Shown one piece after another: positions 51,572-64,000 of a stretch of 64,000 bases of DNA. Made by a program: the position numbers and the translations under genes. The stretch is from Octopus bimaculoides (Eukaryota): assembly GCF_001194135.2 (NCBI RefSeq), contig NC_068982.1, forward strand, positions 12,679,187-12,743,186, in the 5' to 3' direction. Under the pieces are notes generated by a model. That model saw only the letters and a list, made by a program, of their open reading frames with translations, was not told the origin of the DNA and did not search any database. Each line of letters begins with the position of its first letter. The stretch's first letter is position 1.

Positions 51572-52610
51572 CAGGGTGGATGGAAAGTAACTAGACATTA
51601 GAAATTGCTTATAGAATTTTTAGTATCACTTAAGTCAAGATGAAAACATTTATTAAACAGACAACTCTAATGGGGAATTTTTTTTTTTTTTTATTGTATT
51701 ATTTCTTATTTTTTATTTTCCAGATGGCCAGTCACTTGACTCTTCAGGAGTAAGTTAAGGTAGCAGCACACTATGAAATGTGGAATTCCATTGTTTTGGT
51801 TGAGAGATGGTGGCATGCATGGACAGATAAGCATGCAACACTACATCCGGAGACAATAAAAAGTTGTCATGCAAAACTGGTGACCACAGGCTCTGTGAAC
51901 GATGCAAGAAGAAGTGGTCGTCTAACTGATCAGCATCCTGATCAGCAGAGAACATGACAAAATAGCTTCAGCATCCTGATCAGCAGAGAACATGACAAAA
52001 TAGCTTCAACATCCTGATCAGCTGAGAACATGACAAAATAGCTTCAACATCCTGATCAGCAGAGAACATGACAACAGTGCAGGAAATACTTAATTGCAGC
52101 CTGCAAAAATCAACACATCAAGCAGCTTGTAGAAGTGGACGAACAAGACACACTATACATATGGTGTTGCATAAAGAATTGAATCTTCCTCCGTGGAAAC
52201 CCCATTACATGCAAGAGCTAAAACCTGAAAACTGTGACCATAAAAGTCCAGAAGTTCAGAAGCCCAGAACTCCAAGAAGTCCAAATCTCACTCCATGAGA
52301 TTTTTACCTGTGAGGTTATACAAAAGAGGAGGTGTACAAGACAAAACCTCACACACTGATGGACTTGGAGACACGGACTCAGGAGTTTCTCAATGATATC
52401 CCAGACGATGTCCTTCAGAAGGTTGTTCATTCCATCCCTGGCCGTTTGAGGAAACTGGTTGACACCACCAGTGCTTACGTTGGAATATGAAGATTTATTT
52501 TCATTTTACCATGTAAGAAAGAACATGTATCATTTGCTTCAATAAATTTATAAAAAGAATATGGATTTTATTACCAATTTTTGATGCCTGGTTACTTTTC
52601 ACCCACTCTG
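51572..52610 (+). mobile_element. Internally deleted Tc1/mariner-superfamily (DDxD-type) transposon
   Basis: TA-CAGGGTGGATGGAAAGTAACTAGACAT / ATGCCTGGTTACTTTTCACCCACTCTG-TA TIRs inside (TA)n. Remnants MASHLTLQE*VKVAAHYE..TGSVNDARRSGR and PRSPNLTP*DFYL*GYTKEEVY. Confidence 0.85.
51931..52073 (+). repeat. 38-bp tandem repeat (~3.8 copies)
   Basis: CAGCATCCTGATCAGCAGAGAACATGACAAAATAGCTT starting at 51931, 51969, 52007 and 52045. Confidence 0.95.
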
Positions 52611-52612
52611 TA

Positions 52613-52721
<109 letters not shown>

Positions 52722-52926
52722 GTATAAAATTATAATTAAGGGTATCTAAGAGATACCACCATATAAGAGATAGCAGTCAAAACTTGATTCTAAAATGACT
52801 TAATTATAATTTCAATAATAATTAATACTTATAAGGTTTTTATTCTCATGCTGGCCACTTGATATGATCGGTATTTTAAATAACGATTTTATCCTCATAT
52901 ATATATATACATATACATATACATAT

Positions 52927-52973
<47 letters not shown>

Positions 52974-52995
52974 AACATATATATATATACAAACA

Positions 52996-53038
<43 letters not shown>

Positions 53039-53240
53039 TTTAGATTGATGTAATGATTGCATTGTTCGATTGAATGGAGTTGCATGAAACGATCGTACTA
53101 CATCACTTCTGGATATCCTTGTTGCTTATTTTGATTTTAATCACCTTACTTTGAAATTGCATGGATAATACCGCACTAAATTCTGGTGTCTCAAACTTAA
53201 GTACCATATCCACCTGAATCTATCTATCTATCTATCTATG

Positions 53241-53273
<33 letters not shown>

Positions 53274-53434
53274 NNNNNNNNNNAATCCAAAATTACAGGT
53301 AAAAACTCAATTAAAATCAATTTATAAAAAATTAAAATTGAGCTTTGGATTTTCATCGATGAGTTCTTGAAACTTGGTTATTTTCCCTAAAACTATATAT
53401 TATATATACATATATATATATATATAAACACCCT

Positions 53435-53547
53435 AACAGTTGAGGGAACCCGTGGAAGAGGTAGGCCCAGGAAGACCTGGGCTGAGGTGGTGAGGCAAGA
53501 CCTTCGTACATTGGGCCTCACCGATGCAATGACTACTGACCGAGAAC
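53435..53547 (+). mobile_element. RTE LINE C-terminal fragment (runs into an assembly gap)
   Basis: LTVEGTRGRGRPRKTWAEVVRQDLRTLGLTDAMTTDRELWKCAVR is a typical RTE C-terminus. Confidence 0.8.
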
Positions 53548-54338
53548 TTTGGAAATGTGCTGTGCGTNNNNNNNNNNNNNNNNNNNNNNNNNNNNNNNNN
53601 NNNNNNNNNNNNNNNNNNNNNNNNNNNNNNNNNNNNNNNNNNNNNNNNNNNNNNNNNNNNNNNNNNNNNNNNNNNNNNNNNNNNNNNNNNNNNNNNNNNN
53701 NNNNNNNNNNNNNNNNNNNNNNNNNNNNNNNNNNNNNNNNNNNNNNNNNNNNNNNNNNNNNNNNNNNNNNNNNNNNNNNNNNNNNNNNNNNNNNNNNNNN
53801 NNNNNNNNNNNNNNNNNNNNNNNNNNNNNNNNNNNNNNNNNNNNNNNNNNNNNNNNNNNNNNNNNNNNNNNNNNNNNNNNNNNNNNNNNNNNNNNNNNNN
53901 NNNNNNNNNNNNNNNNNNNNNNNNNNNNNNNNNNNNNNNNNNNNNNNNNNNNNNNNNNNNNNNNNNNNNNNNNNNNNNNNNNNNNNNNNNNNNNNNNNNN
54001 NNNNNNNNNNNNNNNNNNNNNNNNNNNNNNNNNNNNNNNNNNNNNNNNNNNNNNNNNNNNNNNNNNNNNNNNNNNNNNNNNNNNNNNNNNNNNNNNNNNN
54101 NNNNNNNNNNNNNNNNNNNNNNNNNNNNNNNNNNNNNNNNNNNNNNNNNNNNNNNNNNNNNNNNNNNNNNNNNNNNNNNNNNNNNNNNNNNNNNNNNNNN
54201 NNNNNNNNNNNNNNNNNNNNNNNNNNNNNNNNNNNNNNNNNNNNNNNNNNNNNNNNNNNNNNNNNNNNNNNNNNNNNNNNNNNNNNNNNNNNNNNNNNNN
54301 NNNNNNNNNNNNNNNNNNNNNNNNNNNNNNNNNNNNNN

Positions 54339-54384
<46 letters not shown>

Positions 54385-55099
54385 TACATATACATATACG
54401 TGTGTGTGTGTGTGTGTGTGTGTGAATGTATGTATGTAAGCTTATATGAATGTCTGTATTTCTCTTATCATAACTTCAGGTCAAGCCAAGCGTAGTGAAT
54501 GGAGTCAGGTCTAAAGGCACTGAGTGGGAGCCGCTCATCAGTTGGGTTTTTACATGTAATTAATTAAGAAAAATTTCAGCTCTGCTGCATATTGTGTCAT
54601 GTTGATTTGTCTGAGAATTACATTGCAGATACTTCAGTTGATCAAACAACTTAATGTTCATCATAAGAAGAAAAAAAATCAATTGAACGATTCATCATCA
54701 TCACTGTCATCATTCTATTTGTCACCCCCACCACCACCACCACTGTTGCTGCTACTGCTGCCATCATTACCATCATCATCACTGTCGTTGTCATTGTCAT
54801 CATCATCATCAACTTACATGAGTGCATATGTAATTTTTTTCTTTTAGCTTACTTTCCAAATATCTTACCGATGCAAGAAGAGTCTGTTTATAACCCAGAT
54901 AAAACAAAGCATTTTCACTAGAGTTTAGACTCTATCAACCAGGGGTTTGTATGATAGTGTATAGAGGAATATATTATTTAAAAGAGTTCCAACTCTGTCT
55001 GTTTTTTATGTTTGATTTATATTCTTATAAAATTAATGTGGGATATAGAATATGGAATATATAATATAAATAGCAAAACGAAATGAAGTATTGAATGTC

Positions 55100-55307
55100 T
55101 TATTGAATATATGAAATATTGAGTATTAAATATATATAGGGGCTAGCATACTTTCCTGCTTTATAGCAGTCATCAAGGTCCTGTCTGATGGTTGATTTTG
55201 TATGCATGTATGTATGTATGTATGTATGTATGTATGTATGTATGTATGTATGTATGTGCATATGTGTATGTTTTATGTATGTATTCTCATGCATATAGTT
55301 ACATATC
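55100..55307 (-). mobile_element. 3' UTR related to the R4/Dong-like element at 14243
   Basis: Minus strand GATATGTAACTATATGCATGAGAATACATACATA matches 14470-14505, followed by (CATA)n; the distal tail differs and the 5' part is lost in a gap. Confidence 0.55.
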
Positions 55308-55701
55308 NNNNNNNNNNNNNNNNNNNNNNNNNNNNNNNNNNNNNNNNNNNNNNNNNNNNNNNNNNNNNNNNNNNNNNNNNNNNNNNNNNNNNNNNNNNNN
55401 NNNNNNNNNNNNNNNNNNNNNNNNNNNNNNNNNNNNNNNNNNNNNNNNNNNNNNNNNNNNNNNNNNNNNNNNNNNNNNNNNNNNNNNNNNNNNNNNNNNN
55501 NNNNNNNNNNNNNNNNNNNNNNNNNNNNNNNNNNNNNNNNNNNNNNNNNNNNNNNNNNNNNNNNNNNNNNNNNNNNNNNNNNNNNNNNNNNNNNNNNNNN
55601 NNNNNNNNNNNNNNNNNNNNNNNNNNNNNNNNNNNNNNNNNNNNNNNNNNNNNNNNNNNNNNNNNNNNNNNNNNNNNNNNNNNNNNNNNNNNNNNNNNNN
55701 N

Positions 55702-55767
<66 letters not shown>

Positions 55768-56623
55768 GCACATATATGTATACATGCATGTATTTTATTC
55801 TTTTATTCTTTTAATGGTTTCAGTCACTGGACTGCAGCCTAGCTGGGGCACCACTTTAGTTGTTTTTTGTTTTTAAATTTAATTGTTGCTTTATGATTGG
55901 AAGTTGGCCGACGATCGGGTTTGTAGTTGTATGTATATATGCATGCATGCATGTATGTATGTAAGTAGAAACATACATATAAAAGTATGGAAAGATGGAT
56001 AAACAGATGGATGAATAGATGAATGTATGGATGAAAATATATATGTAAGCAGACACGAATATATGTTAGATGAATAAAATAATTAGCGTATTGTTGATTT
56101 TACAATCATGACAAAACTGTACGGTTTGATGGTTTTATCATTGTGTTATTATGTAGGATTTTAATGTATACTTTTTCTATAATAATTGTTCCATTTTAAA
56201 GGCATTGTTAAGTGTTGTCTAAACTTCTGTATGATTACATCAACATTAACAAGTTTGCAACTATTATTATCATAATTGAAACTAACATTTGGGTATAGAA
56301 GTTTATATGAAATGTATTTAGTTAGTTGTTATCATGCCTAATTGCTGTTGGTGTCATTGATTTGTTTTTTCCTAATTAGTTAGTATAATAATTCTTAGAT
56401 GTAAATGTTTCCTTCTTTGAATTAGTGTAAATAATATAGCAATATACTTTCAGGATGGTGTTGATAGCTTTTGTCCAGCCTATCAACATTATCGGAATAT
56501 ATTTATCATTTTATTTGTCAACGTCTAAGCTCTTTTAAACTAATGTAATATAAAAAAAGTATTGTTTATTGGAGTGTCATTTTCAACTTGATTACAAAGA
56601 TATCAGGTGTGCTCCTCCTTCAA

Positions 56624-56659
<36 letters not shown>

Positions 56660-57157
56660 GGGATTTATTGATGCCAAATTTTCTGTGTGTTGGATGCTCT
56701 TCCTGTCACCAAACTTCACAGTGAGCTGTGATGGTGATGCTCATTCAAAACTATTATGGCATGTGAAAACAAAGAGACAGAAACAAAACACACATGTACA
56801 CACACATATATACATGTCTGTATGTGTGTGTGTGTGTGTGTGATGGGCTTCTTTGAATTTCTATCCACAAAATCCGCTTGTAAGGCTTTGATCAGCCTGA
56901 AGCTATAGTAAAAGACAAAGACCCTTGCCCAAGTCGTCTTACAGTGGGACTGAACCCACAATCATGTGGTTGGCAACAAATTTCTTAAGCTCACAGCCTT
57001 CATGTTTCACATTTTAATAAACTACAAGTATTTAGAGGGAGAGCACCTCAAGGAACTGAGTCCTTTTGGAAGGGATTCATATGCTTTCTTGTGTATATGT
57101 AACCTATGCAGTAGTTATAACCATTAAATGGCAAATTTAACCATTTCTCTGTAGATT

Positions 57158-57468
57158 ATTTATTTGTTTGTTGTTATCACAATGTTTCGATTGATATAAC
57201 CTCCAGCCTTCATCAGGTGTTCTGGTAGAATCTGAAACCCAATCCTTTATTTGATTAATGGGGTACACTGTTCTCATAGCTAAGGTATGTTGTTGATGTT
57301 ATTTTTTAGTTGATATTAGGGTCGGGTTTGAAATTCTACCAGAACAGCTGATGAAGGCTGGAGACCACATCAGCCGGCACATTGTGATATCAGCAAACAA
57401 GATAGAGACTCCTGTCCATCCATTATAAATAATGTACATAATTTCTCATCTGAAAAATATAGAATAGT
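57158..57468. mobile_element. Older, diverged inverted dimer of Penelope-like hammerhead tails
   Basis: CAGCCTTCATCAGGTGTTCTGGTAGAAT (left) vs ATTCTACCAGAACAGCTGATGAAGGCTG (right). Flanks ATTTCTCTGTAGATT (57143-57) and ATTTCTCTGCAGATT (57469-83). Confidence 0.75.
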
Positions 57469-58713
57469 ATTTCTCTGCAGATTGATAAAAATGATGAACC
57501 AGCTTAATTGATTCTCAAACGTTTTGGGGTCCTCATTACACATGGATTTTGTTTCCTTCCCACTATTGTTTATCTTTTAGTCCCTTTAGCAATGTTAATA
57601 TGAATTGGATGAAATTGAATTAAAACACGTTACCTCCAATCTTGATCTTGTGACATCCTATCCATGATGACTATCATCACCTCAATAAGACTGAAACACA
57701 TCTATAGCTTTCACAATTGACTTTAAAGATAAGATCCACTCCAACAATTTCAGATAGTTGATTTTATAGTTATTCCCTTTGCTATCACTGTCGTCATCAT
57801 CGTTGTCATTTAACGTCCATCTTCCATGCTAGCATGGGTGAGACTAGTTATTTTGTATTTGAAACACAGCTCTTTTGTCTACTGACTGTATGAAAAATAG
57901 CAGCAAGATTGAAGTTTTCCACTCACTGTTTTATCTATGTTCAATTCCTATCATTTTTGTATTTAGTATGCAGAACACTTCCCTGAGGAATTATCTTCAG
58001 TTATATTAAATACAGAAAAAGGTCAACAGCATAGCACAGATACTTTCTAACTAATACCAATTGGTGATTATCATTTTCTGCATGGTTAAAAACAAAAATA
58101 TTTACATTTTGGTCATGACATTTCTGAAGCTGCTTCGTACTTACAAAAGGAAATCATAAAAAAAATTTAACCTCAAATGATTTCTTATCTTGATATTGCA
58201 AGCGTTCTACTGAGGGAATAAAAAGACCTTTAAAGACTGTATATATTGCCTATATGTTTCAATTAATTTTTAAAATAACTAAGAATTTGGAGGAATTTAG
58301 TAAAATAACTTCTTTCATATTAAACTAGTATTTGGAATATAACTCGACAAAAGATTCTTAAACAAAATTATGATGGCGCGTTTTAATTTAAACATGAACA
58401 CTATTTTTGTTTGAAAGAATGAGAGTCAGTCTCAGGTGGGTGGTTTTAAAAGGGTTAACATGAGAATAAATAATGATCTCTCTTTAAAGAAAATGGGTCT
58501 TATGTCAACTATATGAATTTTGCTTTGATTTTCACATGAAACTGTAGGATATACAATAATTATCATATAAAACAATAATCTCATGATAATGGAATGACAT
58601 TGAATGCCATTCCTTACAGAACTTGCTGATGCTAAATCAGATGTTAATATGATATGTTAAGATATATTGTTCAAGTAGGCTCAGGTGTACATGACAGTAG
58701 CTTCAGAGAACTA

Positions 58714-60001
58714 TCAGGTCATCCCATAAGTTCTGTCCGATTTTACCTTTTTTAAAATTGAATGAAATTTAATAGTGTTTTAGAATGTCTAATGGAATTA
58801 AAAATTATTTTTATGCATTTGTGTACATTTAAACTAATTAAATATTATTTTACAGAATAATAGAATTAAAATTTCTTTGATTAAAACCCTTTCTAACATG
58901 GAAGTATCCAGAGAGCATTTGAGGCACATAATGCTTTATGAGTACAAAAAAGGAAACTCTGGAGCCGAAGCGACTCGAAACATACACTCAGTTGATGGGA
59001 AAGAATGCTTGAATGAAAGAACTTGCAGAAGATGGTTTGCAAAATTCAGAAGTGGAGATTTCAGCCTTGAAGATCAAGATCGAACAGGACGTCCAGTTGA
59101 GTTTGATGATAAACTCCTTGAAGCATTATTTGAAGAAAATCCTGCATTATCAGTTGAAGAATTGGCAATAAAGCTTAGTTCAAACCATACAACTGTTCAT
59201 CGTCATCTTCAACAACTTGGAAAGGTTCCTAAACTTGGAAAATAGGTGCCTCATGAATTGCCTGAAACCAACCACAAATCTCGAGTTGACATCTGCTCTT
59301 CTCTCCATTCTTGTGAACTCATTTCACCCTTTTTGGATAGACTTGCGACTGGTGAGGGAAAATGGATCTTCTATCGAAATGTTAAATGTCATAAACAGTG
59401 GCTTGGCAAAAGGGAAAAAGCTCAACCACAACCAAGATGGGAACTTCATGGGAAAAAGGTTCTTCTCTCTATCTGGCGGGATTGCAAAGGAATAATTCAC
59501 TTTGAATTGTTACCACCTAATGCAACAAACAATGCTCAAGTCTACTCTCAGCAATTAGAGTGTTTGAACCAAGCTTTGAAGACAAAAAGGCCAACTTTAG
59601 TGAATCGAAAAGGAGTGATGCTTCATCAGGACTATGCGCGACCCCACACTGCAAAGATCACATCACAGAAGATCGAAGAGCTTGGTTGGGAAAAAATTCC
59701 TCATCCACCTTATTCTCCCCACCTTGCTCCTTCAGACTACCATTTGTTTTGTAGTTTGCAGAATCATTTGGGGGACATAACTTTCGCAAGCCAGGAGGAG
59801 GTCGAAACTGACATTTCAGAGTTCTTCGCTTTGAAACCAAAAGAGTTTTTCATTGATGGGATTAAAAAGCTTGTAAATAGATGGAAGGAAGTCATAGATA
59901 ATCAGGGAAAGTACATTGATGATTAAATTTCAATTAAACACAACATTTGATCACTTGTTTTCTTTATTCAAAATTCAGACAGAACTTATGATATGACCTG
60001 A
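58714..60001 (+). mobile_element. Full-length mariner transposon (1288 bp)
   Basis: TA at 58712-13 and 60002-03. 27-bp TIRs TCAGGTCATCCCATAAGTTCTGTCCGA / TCAGACAGAACTTATGATATGACCTGA (24/27 match). Confidence 0.95.
58898..59926 (+). pseudogene. Mariner DD34D transposase, 342 codons with one nonsense codon
   Basis: ORFs 58877-59245 and 59246-59926 share one frame; TAG replaces W in WVPHEL. HQDYARPH and YSPHLAPSDYHLF give D-x34-D. The first catalytic D of TGDEKW reads TGEGKW. Confidence 0.95.
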
Positions 60002-60236
60002 TATTTATTATTGACAAAGGAATGTAAACATAACGAGTTTTTACACATCATTTATTTCTACATCCTATAAACTCTATCTCTTGGTTAGGCATTTCCTGCC
60101 ACACATCATTAGCTCTGATGTACTATAAAATCCAGTTTTGTTCTTTGTCTCTCACATTCTTTCTCTTTAAACCAAAGTAATACTTTCTTGCAGGTTCAGT
60201 AATCAGGTAGCAGTTACCTGGTTGGTTTGTTAATTA

Positions 60237-60512
60237 AGCATTAGAAATAACAGCCATATCCCCTTTAAGCTACTCTATCTTAAAGTAAAGCAGGACACAT
60301 CGGGCATTATATACTACCTGATATACAAAATAATGGAATGGAAACAGTCTTTGATTAGTCTTGTGTAAGAAGACCTATAATCAAAGGCATTCCAACCATG
60401 ACCATTGCATTTCATTGTTAGGAATAATGTACTGTGAAATAGTCTGTTCTGTATGTCATTTTTAAGATGGGTTGGATATGATTTGAGAGAGATTTGGTTG
60501 CTATTTAAGCAA
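60237..60512. mobile_element. Degenerate MITE with ~50-bp inverted ends
   Basis: TAGAAATAACAGCCATATC..ATCTTAAA (left) vs TTTAAGATGG..GATTTGGTTGCTATTTAAGC (right). Related pieces at ~24330-24490 and ~39430-39480. Confidence 0.55.
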
Positions 60513-60631
60513 TATGAACAAGCATGTACCAATGTCACTATATTTAGTAACACAGAATGATTACTAAAGGCTGACTACAGTTTACTAGGATTCAAATGTA
60601 ACAAAGAGATATTTGAAAAGTTAATAATTAT

Positions 60632-61056
60632 AGGCGCAGGAGTGGCTGTGTCGTAAGTAGCTTGCTTACCAACCACATGGTTCCGGGTTCAGTCCCATTG
60701 CGTGGCACCTTGGGCAAGTGTCTTCTACTATAGCCTCGGGGTGACCAAAGCCTTGTGAGTGGATTTGGTAGACGGAAACTGAAAGAAGACCGTCGTATAT
60801 ATGTATATGTATATATATATATGTGTGTGTTTGTGTGTCTGTGTTTGTTCCCCCCCCCCACCAACATCGCTTGACAACCGATGCTGGTGTGTTTACGTCA
60901 CCGTAAACTAGCGGTTCGGCAAAAGAGTCCAATAGAATAAGTACTAGGCTTACAAAGAATAAGTCCTGGGGTCGATTTGCTTGACTAAAGGCGGTGCTCC
61001 AGCATGGCCGTAGTCAAATGACTGAAACAAGTAAAAGAATAAAAGAATAAAAGAGT
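60632..61056 (+). mobile_element. tRNA-derived SINE family 1 (full length, CpG-rich, young)
   Basis: Complete head, body, microsatellite and (GAATAAAA)n tail. Confidence 0.9.
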
Positions 61057-61072
61057 AATTGTTTTCCTTGAG

Positions 61073-61108
<36 letters not shown>

Positions 61109-61552
61109 AAACAAACAATAGATACAGTGGCATATTTGATTACGCTATAATTTTTTTCTAAATATTGTAATATCGAGCACTTTGTCAGTTATTTGAAATG
61201 AAAAAAATATTACTTTTGGTAATAGTTAAACTAAGAAGGCTGTCATAGTTTGGTATTATTGCAAAACTTAAATGTATGCAATTTGACTTTGAACATTTTG
61301 AGCACAGTAGTAAACTTATAAAAGCAAAAGGAATTGAAGTTTTCCTCATAAAGATATTCAATTTTGCCTTCCTTGCTATGATATATTAATTTAGCATTTC
61401 AACAGATCCTCTTAATATAGCTAAAGCTTCCAACAGTTTCATATTCTCTGTTGTTGTCAACTGAGATTCAATCATCTCCTAAAAGTTTCATTAATTTCCT
61501 TAGCTACCCCCTTTCTTCTTGCACAAGAATATATGTGTATATTATATATATA

Positions 61553-61599
<47 letters not shown>

Positions 61600-61689
61600 G
61601 ATGATAATACATTTATATACCTTAAAGTTTATGAGTTGACCAAGTAAATGCTAGTTCTTGTCCCAGTTTCGTGATTGAACCAAATTCGA

Positions 61690-62008
61690 TGACTGGCACC
61701 TGTGCCAGTGGAGCGCTAAGAGCACTGTCTGACCGTGATCATTGCCAGTTCCACTGGACTAGCTCCTGTGCAGGTGGCATGTAAAAAAATACCATTTTGA
61801 GTGTGGATGTTGCCAGTACCACCTGACTGGCCCTTGTGCCAGTGGCATGTAAAAACACCCACTACACTCTCGGAGTGGTTGGTGTTAGGAAGGGCATCCA
61901 GCTGTAGAAACTGTGCCAGATCAGATTGGAGTCTGGTGCAGCTATCTGGTTCACCAGTCCTCAGTCAAATCGTCCAACCCATGCCAGCATGGAAAGCGGA
62001 CGTTAAAC

Positions 62009-62041
<33 letters not shown>
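61690..62041 (+). mobile_element. RTE-type 3' UTR with (GAT)n tail
   Basis: GGAAGGGCATCCAGCTGTAGAAAC...GGACGTTAAACGATGATG. Confidence 0.8.
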
Positions 62042-62043
<2 letters not shown>

Positions 62044-62061
62044 GAATATATATATATATAT

Positions 62062-62170
62062 GGGAGAATATACAAAAAATAACAACAGACGAGGACAGGT
62101 GGTGTAAATAACAAAAGTATATATTAGTATGACGCTCGGGAATACGGAAAGTCTTTGACGTTTCGAGCTA
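62062..62170 (-). mobile_element. Penelope-like terminal fragment with the 3' half of a hammerhead
   Basis: Minus strand GCTC-GAAAC-GTC-AAAGACTTTC, homologous to 50271-50291. Confidence 0.55.
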
Positions 62171-62329
62171 CATATATATATATATATGTGTGTGTGTATT
62201 TGATTTTTTAACTATTAGTTGCTCAAATAGCAGCTCCTATGTTTTGTCCCATTTTATTTCTCTTTCTCCCCCCATGTATGTGTGTGTGTGCGTGTGTGTA
62301 TGTGCGTGTGTGTGTGTGCATGTGTGTGT

Positions 62330-62365
<36 letters not shown>

Positions 62366-62559
62366 CCAAATGTTTCTTAGCCTACCTAATAATAGCTTTT
62401 CTTTCCTTGTCCTTTTAGAATCTCTATAAGCATTAAACATTTTTCATCTTGTTCGACATGAAATTATAACCTTCTTTTACTACTTTTAAATCTCTCTTTC
62501 TCAGACGGAACATTCCTTTTCAGGCTAAACATGGTAAAACATTTTCTACTTTATAAGAG

Positions 62560-62930
62560 ATTCTCCTATTGAGCATGACAAATAACATTCCATACATCTC
62601 CTCACTAGTATTGCAAAACTCTTTGAGATATTAGCATACTCATATTTAATAAATATTCCTCATTAATTTCGTTGTTTATATTCTTTTCAGTTTGATTTTG
62701 ATAGACAACTCAACTATCCATGCTTTCATGAACATCTGTAAGAACATTCAAGTCTTTCTTGACCTTAGTAAGTTCGTATGTGGTGCCTTTATTGATCTTC
62801 AGAAAGTTTTCAATACTATTGATCATAATATATTTTTAGACAAACTACACACATTATTATAGTATTTGTGGTCTGTCTAATTGTGCTTCAGGTCATACAT
62901 AACAGCAACTTATCGGAATGTCTCTTTAAC
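62560..62930 (+). pseudogene. Decayed CR1/L2-group LINE reverse transcriptase fragment
   Basis: HSIHLLTSIAKLFEIL..YSFQF..STIHAFMNICKNIQVFLDLSKFVCGAFIDLQKVFNTIDHNIFLDKL matches RPISLL..FEK..QFGFR..ST..FIDLxKAFDTVDH. Confidence 0.8.
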
Positions 62931-64000
62931 AGAATTTGATTTGATTTCGTGAAGACGTGCATCAATCATGGGTTACTAGAGTGAAATATATCTGTTGTGT
63001 ATTATTAACTTCCTTTAAACTGTTAATTATTAAAAATTCAGATCAGAAAAGGTTAAACTCAAAATCTCAAATTTCTGTGTGAGTATCTTAAAATATTTTC
63101 AAATGCATCATGCCACAAATGAAAGCTTATTACATCGTTGTAGAGTCAATGTAAGTAGTTTAAATACACATATTTTGTAATGGTATCATACATTATTAAA
63201 CATCAAAGTCTTTTATAAAATAAAACAGAAGGATGTGAAATGATGTACATGATGTACAATGAAATGATGTACAACGGCTACTTTGACTTTTCAGTGACGT
63301 AATGGTTTCTATTCTAACACAATCTCAAATAAAATCTTTTGCCAAACATGGACAACTTCAGAAGTCTATTAGTTTTCTCTTAGAAATGAAAGGTGCATAT
63401 TTTTTTTTTTTTTAACTAGAGGTCACTATCAACAAGGTGACAAGCAATCAGCAACAAAACAGACTCTGGTAACTAACAGTTTGTTGGGATGAAAAATCTG
63501 CCCTAGAAACCTTAAAATAACAAACACAAGACTTAGAAGAATTAAGACTATATCAGGGAAACAAGATGGACAGATGTTCAGGGAAAGACATTAATGGAAT
63601 AGACAGTATTCATAAAAGAGAGAGAGTAACAACAGTTAAAGGATGAGAATTGATAGAAAATGAGTTACTTGGTTAGCAATCTTAAGAAATGGAACAAGAG
63701 AAGGAAGTTGGGGAGAACCACAAAAGTCCTTGTGGCTTTTTGTTCCATATGAGATTTTGGTATTAAAATTTGAGTACAATAAATTGGTTAATTTTTCTAC
63801 AGAGCAGAAAATATTTTAGCAAATTAATTTTTTATACAATTCCTAATAATACTTAATAATAAAAATATAATAGAATTTTTTAAAACCTCATATGGCTTTA
63901 GGGGTCAAATAGAATAAAATAGGAATCAATGGGATGCATGAACAAAAAATTGTTGGGAACCACAACTTTAGAGAATAGAGATGAAGAAATAATACCCCAA

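Noticed and set aside
58877-59926. Domesticated SETMAR-like gene
   Set aside because: No SET domain, TIRs and TA TSD present, and nonsense and catalytic lesions; an ordinary mariner copy.

Overview
AT-rich, microsatellite-dense eukaryotic DNA from a gapped draft assembly, with no recognisable host gene. The SINE and LINE families look like those of an octopus genome; this is my own recognition, not a database result. Almost all ORFs in the track are microsatellite or N-gap artefacts or TE remnants. DNA transposons: a full-length mariner copy (58714-60001, one nonsense codon), two deleted Tc1/mariner-superfamily elements, a fold-back mariner derivative built from two 5' ends, a hAT (Charlie/Buster-like) fossil and piggyBac-type MITEs. 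Retroelements: RTE, CR1-like and R4/Dong-like LINE fragments plus many tRNA-derived SINEs. The most unusual signal is a short element made of a tRNA-like Pol III head, an (AAT)n linker and a Penelope-like tail carrying a minimal hammerhead ribozyme motif. It or its tail occurs four times as a head-to-head inverted dimer (two with heads, two headless), each flanked by a 9-15 bp target-site duplication, so the palindrome appears to be the insertion product. SINE/LINE boundaries are approximate (about +/-10-20 nt) unless TIRs or TSDs are quoted.
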